Below the pieces are notes generated by a model. It was not told where the DNA came from, did not search any database, and worked only from the letters and a program-made list of their open reading frames with translations. Made by a program: the position numbers and the translations under genes. Positions 1 to 12,040 of a DNA stretch of 64,000 nt are shown here, piece by piece; position 1 is the stretch's first letter, and every line of letters begins with the position of its first letter. The DNA comes from Felis catus (lineage: Eukaryota), in assembly GCF_018350175.1 (NCBI RefSeq), contig NC_058369.1:19780001-19844000 (forward strand), read 5' to 3'.

Positions 1-550
1 GGTATTGATATTCCTTACTTTTTTTGGTAATGTTGTCTGCTCTCCCTTCAGATCTGTTAGTATTTAATATATTTAGGTGTTCTGTTTTTTTGGGGTATAT
101 ACATATTTGCAATTGTTTTATCCTCAGGATGAATTAACCCCTTTGTCATTATATAATCAACTTCTTTGACTCTTGTTTGTGACTTGAAATCTAATTTGTC
201 TGACATAAGTATAGCTAACTCTCCTTTCTTTTGGTTTACATCTGCATGGACTATATTTTTTTAATTTCCTTTGAGCCTTTGTTTATCCTTAAAGGTAACG
301 TGAGTTTCTTATAGGCAGCATGTGATTGGGTTATATTTTTAGTCCATTCAGCAACTATATTGCCTTTTAATTGGAGAACTTAATCTATTTAAATTTAATT
401 ATTAGTAGGTTAAGGACTTAATAATGTTATCTTGTTAATTGTTTTCTGGCTCTTTTAGTTCACTTGTCTTTCCTTTTTCTCTTCATTTGCGAATTGGTGA
501 TTTTTCATCATGGTATGGTTTGATTACCTTTTCTTTACCTTTTTAAAAAA

Positions 551-763
551 AATTTTTTTTTCAGTTTATTTATTTTTGAGACAGAGAGAGACAGAGCATG
601 AACGGGGGAGGGTCAGAGAGACAGGGAAACACAGAATCGGAAGCAGGCTCCAGGCTCTGAGCCATCAGCCCAGAGCCCGACGCGGGGCTCGAACTCATGG
701 ACCGCGAGATCATGACCTGAGCTGAAGTCGGACGCTTAACCGACTGAGCCACCCAGACGCCCC
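551..763 (-). mobile_element. Can-SINE (SINEC_Fc-type), young
   Basis: Poly(T), (AG)n and tRNA-derived head ending cgactgagccacccagacgcccc; CpGs retained. Confidence 0.95.
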
Positions 764-1488
764 AGTTTCTTTTATTTTTTTAAAAACAAAACAATTTCCA
801 ATTGTTCATGGCTAGTATATAGAAATACAGTTTGTTTTAGCATATGGACCTTATATCTTGCAACCTTGCTAAACACATTTAGTTCTATTATTTAGGGGGC
901 AAGAAGATTCTGTTGGGTTTTTCCCACAGATATGTCATATGACTAATGAAAATTTTACTTCTTCCTTTCCAATCTGGATGCCTTTAATTACTTTTCTTAC
1001 CTTTTTGTACTAGCTAGAATGTTGTAGGTTTTTCTTTGTGGTTGCAATGAGGCTTATATGAAACACCTTTTAACAGTCTGTTTTATGCTGATAATATTTT
1101 GGACTTCAATCTTATATACAAATTGTACCCTTTTACTCCTACCCACATTTTATATTTTTCATGTTGCAGTTTACATTTTCATATATTATGTATTCTTTAA
1201 CAAATTACTGTAGTTGTAGTTATTTTTAATACTTTTGTTTTTTACTCCATACTAGAGTTAATTGATTAATATGCCACTATATAACAGTTCTAGAGAATTC
1301 TGAATTTATAAACTTACCTTTACCAGTGTGTTTTATATTTTTATATGTTTTATGTTACTGATTTGTTAGTGTCCTTCCATTTTTGCATGAAGAGCTTCTT
1401 TCAGCATTTCTTATAAGGCAGATTTAGTTGTGATGAACCCTCTCAGTTTTTGTTTGCCTTGGGAAATCTTTCTCTGTCCTTTATTTTT

Positions 1489-1723
1489 TTTTTTTTATTT
1501 TTTTTTAAATTTTTTTTTTTCAACATTTATTTATTTTTGGGACAGAGAGAGACAGAGCATGAACGGGGGAGGGGCAGAGAGAGAGGGAGACACAGAATCG
1601 GAAACAGGCTCCAGGCTCTGAGCCATCAGCCCAGAGCCTGACGCGGGGCTCGAACTCACGGACCGCGAGATCGTGACCTGGCTGAAGTCGGACGCTTAAC
1701 CGACTGCGCCACCCAGGCGCCCC
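1489..1723 (-). mobile_element. Can-SINE (SINEC_Fc-type), youngest subtype
   Basis: Full length, CpG-rich. Target-site duplication (TSD) tctctgtcctttattttt at 1471-1488 and 1725-1742. Confidence 0.97.
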
Positions 1724-2447
1724 ATCTCTGTCCTTTATTTTTGAAGGACATCTTTGCCAGGTAAAGTATTTTTAGCTGGCAATTTTTTTCTTTCAGTACT
1801 TTGAATGTATCATCCTACTCTCTTCTGGCCTGCAAGGTTTCTGCTGAATTCTGCTGATAGCCTTATGGGGGTTACCTTGTAAGTTACAAACTTTTTTTTC
1901 TCTTGTTGCTTTTGAAATTCTCTTTGTCTTTGATTTTAGTCAGTTTTATTACAATGTGTCTTTGAATTGATCTTTTTGGGTTGGATATTTTTAGGAGACT
2001 TAGCTTCATGAACTTGGATATTCAGATCTTTCCCCAGATTTGGGGACTTCTCAGCCATTATTTCTTTGAATCAGATTTCTGTTCCTTTTTTTCTCCTTTC
2101 TCCTTCTGGAACTGCAGTAATGCATGGATTGTTTCCCTTGATGGCATCCCATTATTCACATAGACTTTCTTTACTCTTCTTCATTCTTTTTTCTTTGTTC
2201 TCTTCTGGCTAGATAATTTCAGACTTCCTATCTTTAATCTCGCTGATTCTTTCTTCTGCTGATGTAGTCTGCTTTTGGCACTTTCTTTTACATTTTTCAT
2301 TTAATTTATTGTAATCTTCTGCTCCAAAATTGTTTTCTTTTTATGATTTCTGTGTATCTGTTGAACTCATTTTGTTTGTGTATTGTTTTCCTGATTTTGT
2401 TTAATGGTCTTTCTGAAGTGTTTTCTTGTAAGTCCCTGAGCTTTTTA

Positions 2448-2683
2448 TTTTATTTTATTTAAAATTTTTTTTTAAACATTTATTTAATTTTGAGAGACAG
2501 AGAGAGGCAGAATATGAGCAGGGGAGGGGCAGAGAGAGAGGGAGACACAGAATTGGAAGCAGGCTGCAGGCTCTGAGCTGTCAGCACAGAGCCTGACGCA
2601 AGGCCCGAACTCACAAATTGCGAGATCATGACCTGAGCTGAAGTCGGACGGACGCTCAACCGACTGAGCCACCCAGGCGCCCC
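2448..2683 (-). mobile_element. Can-SINE
   Basis: TSD agtccctgagcttttta at 2431-2447 and 2684-2700. Confidence 0.96.
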
Positions 2684-4266
2684 AGTCCCTGAGCTTTTTA
2701 AAAACAACTACTTTGAATTATTTGTTGGGCAAATTGCATATCTACTTCTTTGGGCTTGGTTACTAGAAAAAATGTGTTCTTTTGGTGTATCATGGTTCTT
2801 TTATTTTTCATGTTCCTTGAAGTCTTGCATTTCTTTTTTTGTGTTTGAAGAAGCAGTCACTTCCTCCATTTTTACTCACTGTCTTTGGTAGAGAAATACC
2901 TTTTGTCATCCTGGATGGGTATTCTGAAGCTATCTTAGACCTTTTTTTGAAGGTACCTGCTCCACACTGCATACTCCTTTTTGGAATGGATTGTGTGCAT
3001 TCTCTCAATCCTGTAAAATCAGGCCAGTTGCTAACAGTCTCTTGTTTGCTTTACCTAAAGTGGTGCTGAATGTTCAAGTTTCTGTGCTTTTTCCAAGTCC
3101 TAAGGAGTTGGGTGACTTTCTGCATGTGTTCAGAAACCATCTACAAAGGGTTACATTTATTGTTGCCCTTGGTGGTACACACAAGGAGCTGGCCATGGAG
3201 TTGGGGAGTTGGGAGGTGCACAGCATGTTGAAGGTGCCATTGCACCAGTTGGGAAGGTTTACAGGTGAGGTGTCCCCATTGGCTCATGGATAGACTTCCT
3301 GATGGAGCCTGTAAAGTGATTAGTTGGATCATTTTATGTCTTTTGGGAGCCCTGACTGCTCTCCTAGCCCCTTCTTGCCCTACAGTTGTGTAGTACACCT
3401 CGGTATTCTGGATAGGGTGAGAAAGAAATGAGCCTCTTCAGCAGCATCCCACAAAGTTGAGGAAGCCAGGTGCTCACTCAGATGCTCTCATATTCCCCCA
3501 TGGGAGAAATCACAGATCTAGAAGTTCTATCTTGGCAGTGATCTGGGCTGCCTCGTGAGGGATAATGCAGGTAAAGTGAAATTGTTCTTCTTACCCTCTT
3601 CAGTGCATCTAGTCTCAGATTTGCTTTTTGTCTCCAACAGTGTGCTGGAACTTCTGAACTTCCACAAGGTCATTCTTGTCTGTGGTTGATTATTAAAAGT
3701 AGTTTATTGGTGGGAAAATGATAGAGAATTCCTTCTCCATTTTGCTTATGGTACTTCTCTGATGTTTTTTGCTTTTTTTCCTGAGAGTTTTCTTTTTGTC
3801 ATGAATTGGTGTTGAAGTTTGTCATATGCTTTTTATGCATTAATATTATTATGTGTTTTTTCCATTAGATTTAATTTGGTAGATTACATTGATTGGTTTT
3901 TGAATATTGAAAATAACTTGCATCTCTAAAATAAACCTCATGCATAACTCTTCTTATATATTGGATGTTCTATTTGATAACATTTTGTTAAGAATTTTTA
4001 TATCTATATTCATGAGGGATATGAGGCTATAGTTTTCTTATACTATCTTTGATTTTGGTATCAGAGTAATACTGGTTTCATAAAATGAATTGCAAAATGT
4101 TTTTATTTTTCTCTTTTGTGATTGTGTAGAAGTAGTGTTCACTCTTCAATCATTTAATAGAATGAAGCAGTGAAGCCATCTAGGTCTGAAGATCTTTTTC
4201 TTAGGAGTTTTAAAATATGAATTCAGTTTCCTTAATAGTTATAGGTCTAGTCAAGCTAGTCAAATT

Positions 4267-4593
4267 ATGTTAACCCTTGAATAACATGGGTTTGAACTGC
4301 CTGGGTCCACTTCTATGTGAATTTTTGATAAATACAATACAGTACTGTAAATTTGTTTCCTCTTCCTTCTGATTTCCTTAATAATATTCTTCTCTAGCTT
4401 ACTTTATTGTAAGAATACACTCTATAATATAACATACAATATATGTGTTAATTGACTGTTCATATTGTCAGTAAGGCTTCTGGTCAACAGTAGGCTAATA
4501 ATAGTTAAATTTTTGAGAGGTCATCGTTATATATCGGGTTTTGACTGTGTGGGGGATTGGTGCCCCAACCTTGTGTTATTCAATGACTAACTG
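4267..4593. mobile_element. Tigger2a-like MITE (TcMar-Tigger DNA transposon)
   Basis: Degenerate terminal inverted repeats gttaacccttgaataacatggg and ccttgtgttattcaatgactaactg resemble the Tigger2 TIR CAGTTGACCCTTGAACAACACGGG. TA at the right flank. Confidence 0.85.
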
Positions 4594-4595
4594 TA

Positions 4596-4647
<52 letters not shown>

Positions 4648-4692
4648 TATATATATATATATAACTGTATATATATATATATATATATATAT
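4594..4692. repeat. Compound (TG)/(TA)/(CA) microsatellite at the Tigger TA target site
   Basis: Read directly from the sequence. Confidence 0.95.
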
Positions 4693-4894
4693 TATATTGA
4701 TTGAGTTATGGTAGTTTGTATTTTAAAAGGAATTGATCCATTTCATGTATGTCATCTATTTATGTATGTAGAGTTTTTGAAGTATTCCTCTATTATCCTT
4801 TTAATGTATGTATAATATCCCATTTCATTCCTGATATTGATAACTTGTGTCTTATATGTTTTTTTCTTTGTTAGTCTTGGTAGAAATTAGTTGT

Positions 4895-5095
4895 GGGGCG
4901 CCTGGGTGGCTCAGTTGGTTAAGCATCCAACTTCAGCTCGGGTCATGATCTCACAGTTTGTGGGTTCGAGCCAGCTGTTCTGACAGCTCAGAGCCTGGAG
5001 CTTGCTTCAGATTCTGTGTCTGCCTCTCTCTGTCCCTCCCCTTCTCGCACTCTGTCTTTCTCTCAAAAATAAATGCTAAAAAATAAAAAAAATAA
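4895..5095 (+). mobile_element. Can-SINE
   Basis: ggggcgcctgggtggctcag head, (CT)-rich region, A tail; short TSD aaattagt. Confidence 0.92.
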
Positions 5096-5239
5096 ATTAG
5101 TCCTGTTGATCTTTCCAAAGACCAGCTTTATATCTCCTCGATTTTTCTGTTGTTTTTCTGTTTAAATTTTGTTGATTTTTACTCTCTTGTTCTTTTTGCT
5201 CACTTTTGTTTTATTTTGCTCTTTTCCTTCTAATTTCTT

Positions 5240-5970
5240 TTTTTCATTTTTATTTATTTTAGGGAGAGAGTGTGAATGGGGGAGAGGGGCAGAAAAAGAG
5301 AGGGAGAATCCTAGGCAGGCTCAGTGCTCAGTATGGAGCCCAACGTGGGGCTTGATCCCACAATTCTGAGATCATGACCTGAGCCAATCAGGAGTAGGAT
5401 GCTCAATCTCCTGAGCCACTGAGGTACCTGTCCTTCTAATTTCTTGAGGAGAGAGCTTAGATTATTGATTTGCAATTTTCCTTTTTAATTTTTGAAAAAA
5501 ATTTTAAAAATTCTATTTACTTATTTTTTTTAAGTAGGCTCTGTGGTTAACATGGAGCTTGAACTCAAGCCTGAGATCAAGGGTCTCATGCTCTACTGAC
5601 TGAGCTGGCCAGGCACCCCATGCATTTTCCTTTTTTTTTTTAATGTTTATTTTGCACAAGAGAGGAAGTGTATGCATGCATGTATGGGGGTGGGACAGAG
5701 AAAGAGGGGGAGAGAGAATCTGACAGCACAGAGCCCAAAGTGGGGCTCAATCCCACTAACGAGCTGAAATCAAGAGTTGGATGTTCAAATGACTGAGCCA
5801 CCCAGGAGCCTCTCCTTTTTTAAAAAAAATTTAATGTTTTATTTAGTTTTGAGAGAGACAGAGAGACAAAATATGAGTGGGAGAGGGGCAGAGAGAGAGA
5901 GGAGACACAGAATCCGCAGCTCATGACACAGAATTGAAAGTCATGAACCACGAGATCATGACCTGAGCCA
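5240..5970 (-). mobile_element. Cluster of four older Can-SINEs (about 5240-5430, 5490-5619, 5635-5812, 5825-5970)
   Basis: Each shows poly(T) and tRNA-derived motifs (gagatcatgacctgagcc, gactgagccacccagg). The first has TSD tccttctaatttctt (5225-5239, 5431-5445). Confidence 0.85.
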
Positions 5971-5974
5971 ATAT

Positions 5975-6078
5975 ATACATTTGTATTTCTCTAACTTATT
6001 TCACTTAGCATAATGCACTCTAGCTCCATCCATGCCATTGCAAATGGAAATATTTCAGTTTTTTTATGACTAATACTC

Positions 6079-6120
<42 letters not shown>

Positions 6121-6722
6121 ACACACACAAGCACATACACACACACCACAGCTTTATTCATTCATCAGTTGATAGACTTTTGGGCTCTTTACATAATTTG
6201 GCTATTTTTGGTAATGTTGGTGCACGTGACACTGGGTGCACGTGACACTTTGAATCAGTAGTTTTGTATCTTTTGGGTAAATCCCTAGTAGTGCAATTGC
6301 TGGGTCATAGAGTAGTTCTATTTTTAACTTTTGGAGGAAGCTCCATACTGTTTTCCAGAGTGGCAGCACCAGTTTGCATTCCCACTAACAGTGTAAGAGG
6401 GTTCACCTTTCTCCACATCCTCACTGATATTTGTTGTTTCCTGAGTTGTTAATTTTAGTCATTCTGACTCCTGTGGAATTTAATAAACAGATGAACATGG
6501 GGAAGGGGAAAAAAAGAGAGGGAGGCAAACCATGAGAGACTCTTAACTATAGAGACCAAATTGAGGGTTGTTGGAGGGGAGGTGGGCAAGGAATGGGCTA
6601 AATGGGTGATGGGTTTTAAGGAGGACACTTATGATGAGCCTGAAGTTTCTCCTGAAACCAATATTACATTACATGTTAACTAATTACAATGTAAATAAAA
6701 AGTTGAAACAAACAACAAAATA
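5975..6722 (+). mobile_element. 5'-inverted (twin-primed) carnivore L1 3' fragment containing (CA)n at 6083-6128
   Basis: Antisense ORF2 C-terminus at about 5980-6468, then sense 3'UTR and A tail at 6470-6722. The two pieces abut in L1 coordinates. TSD-like aatatatRcattt on both sides. Confidence 0.8.
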
Positions 6723-6869
6723 ATAATATATGCATTTAATGCCAATAAATTTCCTTTCAGCATTTCTCTACCTGTGTCCCAAAAGTTTGATATATTATAT
6801 TGTCATTTTAATTCAGTTCAGTGTAATTTTTATTTGCTCTGAAAAGTTCTCTTTGATGTGTATGGACTA

Positions 6870-9045
6870 TTTAAATGTTTATTTATTTTGAGAGAGAGAG
6901 AAAGGGGTAGAGAGAGAGAATCCCAAGCACACTCTGCACTCTCAGCACAGAGCACAACTCAGGGCTTTATCTCATGAACTGTGAGATCATTACCAGAGCC
7001 AAAATCAAGAATCAGATGCTCAATGAACTGAGCCACCCACGTGCCCCTGATGCATGGATTATTTAGAAAAAATTTTTTTATATCTAAGCATTTGAAGATT
7101 TTTCTGTTATCCTTCTGTTATTTATTTCCAGTTTGATTTTATTGTGGTTGAAGGAAACATTCTGTGTATGATTTTGATTGTTTTAAATTTGTGACATTTG
7201 TGTTTTTTCCCATGATATATCTTGGTATGAGTCATATGTGCACTTGAAAAGAATGTGTATCTGCTTTTGTTGAGTGGATTATTCTGTGAATGCCACTAGA
7301 TCCTATTGGTCAGTGGTAGTGTTGAGTTCTTTATCATTGCTCTTTTTCTGTTTAGTTCTGTAGGTCTCTGACTATAATTGTAGAGTTGTCTATTTTTATT
7401 TCTGTCAGTTTTGCTTCACACATTGTGTAGCTCTGTTATTTAGTGCATATACATTTATGATTGCTGTGTTTTCTTGGTAATTGACTTTGTATCATTATAT
7501 AATGTTCCATTTTTGTGTCAGAAGAAAAAAAATTATTCTGGCATCTACTTTAATATTAATTATTGCTTTTTTTCATTAACTTTTGCATGTTTTTTCATGC
7601 TTATATTTCTAATTTGCCTAGGATGTTGTATTTATAGTTACATTTGTAGTTAGTTTTTTGTAAACAACATATTATTAGGTCATGTTTTATAATTTCTCTG
7701 GCTGTGTGTCTTTTAACTAATTTATTGAGATTATCTACATTTAATGTCATTATTGATTTGTTATTAAGTCTTCCATTTTATTTTTTGATTTAAAAAAAAT
7801 TTTTTTAATATTTATATATTTTTGAGAGAGAGGCAGAATGTGAGGAGGGGAGGGCAGAGAGAGAGAAGGAGACACAGAACTCAAAGCAGGCACCAGGCTC
7901 TGTGCTGTCAGCACAGAGCCTAACACGGGGCTCAAAGTCACAAACTGAGATCATAACCTGAGCTGAAGTTGGACACTTAACTAACTGAGCCATCCAAGGT
8001 CCCCTTTATTTTTTTTATTTCTATTATTCTTTTCTCTGCTTTCTTTTTCCTCCTCCTTGTGGGTTACTTGAACATTAAAATTTTTAAAAATGTTTTTATT
8101 TATTTTTGAGAGAGACAGAGAGTGGGGGGTGGGGAGGACAGAGAGAGAGAGGGAGACAGAGAATCTGAAGCAGCTTCAGGCTCTGAGCTGTCTGCACAAA
8201 GCCTGATGCAGATTGAACCCATGAACCATGAGATCATGACCTGAGCCAAAGCCAAATGATTAACCGACTGAGCCATCCTGGCACCCCAGAGCATTTCTTG
8301 AGAATTCCATTTTAATGTATCTGTAGTGTTTTTGAGTATATGTCTTTGTAGATCTTTTTAGTGGTTATTCCTAGGTATTATATTGTAAATGAGGAACTCA
8401 TTACAGTGTATCGGAATTGCCATTTTTCTGGTTGTGTGAATTGTAGAAAACTTGTCTCTGTTTATATTTGTTTACTTTTCTCTTTACAAGTGTGTCAAAT
8501 ATTTTTTCTCATACATGAACCACAACAGATACTGTTATAATTTTTAATTTTTCAAACCATCATACATAATCTTAAAAATTCAAGAGGATGAAAGTCAATC
8601 ATATTTCCACACATTTTTGCTTACCTTCTTTTTTCTTTCTCCCTGATGTTTCAAGATTATTTTGTTTTACCATTTTTCTTATATTTAGAGAATTTTCTCT
8701 TCTTTTAGGCTAGATCTGCTGGTAACAAATTCTTTTAGTTTTCTTTCATCTGAAAATCTCCTGACTTCTCTTTCATTCCCAAAGAATATTTCCAGGGGGT
8801 ATAGGATTCTAAATTAACAGTTATTTTTTTTTTAATTTATAACATTTATTTATTATTGAGAGACAGAGAGAGACAGAGCATGAACATGGGAGGGGCAGAG
8901 AGAGGAGGAGACACACAATCTGAAGCAGGCTCCAGGCTCTGAGCTGTTAGCGCAGAGCCTGACTCAGGACTCGAACTCCCAAACTGCTAGATCATGACCT
9001 GACCTGAAGTTGGACACCCAACCGACTGAGCCACCCAGCCACCCC
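6870..9045 (-). mobile_element. Four separate Can-SINEs (about 6870-7047, 7795-8004, 8085-8287, 8830-9045)
   Basis: Typical antisense SINEC structure with degenerate TSDs, each inserted in the old L1 scaffold. Confidence 0.88.
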
Positions 9046-9656
9046 AATAGTTATTTTCTTTCAGCAGTGAGAACTTTTTGCCACTTCCCTTTGTTCCTTA
9101 TGTTTTATTAATAAAAATTTAAAAATATTTGGTATTATAAAATTTAAAATTTTACAGTTATATTATAAAATTTAAAAAATAGTGGTAAGATTCACATAAG
9201 ACAGTATCTTCTGTGTTGACATTTAGTACATTCCTAGTGTTTTACAACCATTACCACTATCTAATTCCAAAATCTTCTTGTCACTCCAAATATGAACCCT
9301 TATACCAATTCCCCTTTCCCCCCAGCCCTTGACAACTACTGTCTTTGTGGGTTTGCCTATTCTGGATACTTTCGTGGCCTTTTGTGTCTGACTTCTGTTA
9401 TTCAGTATGATGTTTTCAAGATTATTTATTGATGTGACATATATTTGTACTTAATTGCTTTTATGTCCGAATAACATTCCATTTTATGACTATACCACAG
9501 TATGTTTGTCTGCTTATCAGTTGATGGAGATTTGAATTGTTTCCATGTTTGGCTACTGTGAGTAGTGATGCTCATCCTCTCTTGTTTTAGTGAAAAATTC
9601 ACTGTCATTTGAATTTTTTTTCCACTTGAGGTTAGGTATTGTTTCTCTCTTGCTAC

Positions 9657-9751
9657 TTTTTTTCCTTTTCCTTTTCCTTTTCCTTTTCCTTTTCCTTTTC
9701 CTTTTCCTTTTCCTTTTCCTTTTCCTTTTCCTTTCCTTTCCTTTCTTTTCC
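9657..9751. repeat. (TTTTCC)n hexanucleotide microsatellite ending in (TTTCC)n
   Basis: Read directly from the sequence; source of the FSFSFS pseudo-ORF. Confidence 0.97.
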
Positions 9752-9899
9752 CTATAGTATTCAGAAATGTAAGTATGTTGTGTCTTGGTATGTGTTTCTT
9801 TTGGTTTATTCTGTTTGGGGTTTGGTCACCTTCAATATGGAGGTTTTGTCTTTTGCTAAATTTCGGAAGTTTTCTGTCATTTTTAAAAATTTTAAGTTT

Positions 9900-10800
9900 T
9901 ATTAGACTTTATTTTTTAGAACAGTTTTAGGTTTACAGAAAAATTGTACAGAAAGTACATGGAGCCCTCCTTCCTCTTTCAGCTTCTCTTCTTATTCACA
10001 TTCTGTATTAGTGTGGTACATTTATTACATTTAATGAACCAGTATTTATACACTCCTAATATTATTTATAGTTTACATCAAGGTTCACTCTTTGTGTTTT
10101 ATGGTTTTGACAAATGCATAATGTCATGTATCTATCATTACAGTCTCATAAGAATAGTTTCATTGCCCTAAAAATACCCATCTATTCATCCCTTTTCTTA
10201 TCCTCCAGGACTTTTGGCAACCACTGATCTTTTTACTGCCTCTATAATTTGCCTCTTAAAGAATGTTACTTAGGATCATATAGACTGTAGACTTTTCAGA
10301 TTGACTTCTTTCGCTGTGCAACATGCAGTTAAGATTCCTCCATGTCTTCTGGTGGCTTGATAGGTCATTTATTTATTTTTGATTTTTTTAAAGATGTTAT
10401 TTTTTTTTAAGTGGTCTCCACACCCACATGGAGCTTGAACCCACAGCCCTGAGATCAAGAGTTACACACTTCATTGACTGAGCCAGCCAGGCACCCCAGT
10501 AGCTCATTTCTTTGTATTGCTGAATAATATTCTATTGTCTGGATAGAGTATAGGTTGTTTCTTCATTCACCTATTGAAGGATATCTTGATTGCTTCCAAG
10601 TTTGGGCATTTACAAATTAAGCAGCTATAAACATTTGTGTACAGGTTTTTGTGTGGACATAAGTTTTCAATTCACTGGGTAATTACCAATGCATGCAGTT
10701 GTTAGATTGTATGGTAAGAGTTTATTAATTTTATAAGAAACTTCCAGACTGTCTTCCAACGTGGCTGTACCATTTTGCATTCTCACCAGCAATGGGTGAG
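9900..10800 (-). mobile_element. L1MC-like 3' end with a short tRNA-derived SINE at about 10370-10497
   Basis: agactttatttttttagaacagttttaggtttacagaaaaattg terminus, and ORF2 C-terminal motif ttccaacgtggctgtaccattttgcattctcaccagcaat. Confidence 0.75.
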
Positions 10801-10951
10801 AGTTCTTATTGCTTCATATTGTCACTAGGATTTGTTCTGTTCATGTACATTCTAAGCCTTGCCTTTTTTCTTTCTTCTCTCCTCCTAGGACCTGATAATA
10901 AGAATGTTAGATTCTGTTTTGTTTTTGCCATAGTCATACAGGTCCCTGAGT

Positions 10952-10986
<35 letters not shown>

Positions 10987-11009
10987 TCTGTTTTCTCTTT
11001 ATTGTTTAG

Positions 11010-12040
11010 TCTCCCAACACTTCTAAAATAAAAAGTTGCAGGGTTTTCCACACCAACAACCAATTCTACAGATGTCTGGATACCCGCTGGGTGTCCAAAA
11101 TTCAGTCCATTTCTGGCACTAACTCTGGGTCAGATCCCACATGTTAAGTGCTCAGTCCCACAAGACCATCTTCACTTCAGATGCCAATCTCAAGTCCTGG
11201 ACTTCTATACTTCTGGTCAACTAGTATAAATTGAGGGTTCCTATGATCCCCTTCTCATGTTTGATTATTTTTTTTTTAATTTTTTTTAATGTTTATTTAT
11301 TTTTGAGACAAAGAGAGACAGAGCATGAATGCGGCAGGGTCAGAGAGAGGGAGACACAGAATCTGAAACAGGCTCCAGGCTCTGAGCTGGCAGCACAGAG
11401 CCTGACGCGGGGCTCGAACTCACGGACCGTGAGATCATGACCTGAGCTGAAGTCAGACGCTTAACCGACTGAGCCACCCAGGCGCCCCATCATGTTTGAT
11501 TATTTGCTAGAACAGCTCACAGAACTCAGGAAGACAACTTAATTACTATTATCAGTTTATTATAAAGGATCCAACTTAGGAACAGCCAAATAGAAAAGAT
11601 GCTTACGGCAAGGTATGTAGACTGGGACATGGAGCTTCTATGTTCTTCTTGACATAGTAACTTGATGTGTTCATTAGCCTGGAAGCTCTCCAAACCCTAT
11701 TGTTTGTTTTTATCAGAATTCCATTATGAAGGCATGATGTATGACATCACTGGCCCTTGGTGATTAGCTCAGTCTCCAGCTCCTCTTTCCTCCCTGTGGG
11801 TTGGAGAGTGGAGCTGAAAGTACCGACCCTCTAATTGCATGATTCCTCTGGCATCTCCCATTCTGAAGCTATCTGGGGGCCCACCAAGGGTCACCTCATT
11901 AGTATAATCCCCAGTAGGGTTGAAAGGGACTCATCATGAATAACAAAAGATGCTTCTATCCTTCAAAGAGTTTTAGAAACTTTTGTGTTAGGGACTGGAG
12001 ATGAAGAAATATATATTTCTTATTACATCATAATATCACA
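11010..12040 (-). mobile_element. Solo LTR, MER21/MER77-like
   Basis: Minus-strand start TGTGATATTATGATGTAATAAGAAATATATATTT and internal motifs gctcagtcccacaagac and gctcacagaactcagg, recalled from the MER21 group. Confidence 0.75.
11271..11488 (-). mobile_element. Can-SINE inserted in the LTR
   Basis: TSD tcatgtttgattattt at 11255-11270 and 11490-11505. Confidence 0.96.

Larger units (their letters stand above)
1..3760 (-). mobile_element. Old LINE-1 (L1M-type): 5'UTR, ORF1, inter-ORF and start of ORF2, decayed and interrupted by three SINEs
   Basis: Antisense endonuclease-region sequence at 1-500 and ORF1-like T-rich sequence at 1380-2830. 3420-3760 is homologous to the 5'UTRs at about 13900-14140 and 33770-34200. 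Confidence 0.75.

Noticed and set aside
5490..10497. tRNA-like sequences at about 5530-5619 and 10410-10497 as tRNA genes
   Set aside because: Diverged tRNA-derived SINE heads with tails; no intact cloverleaf evident.
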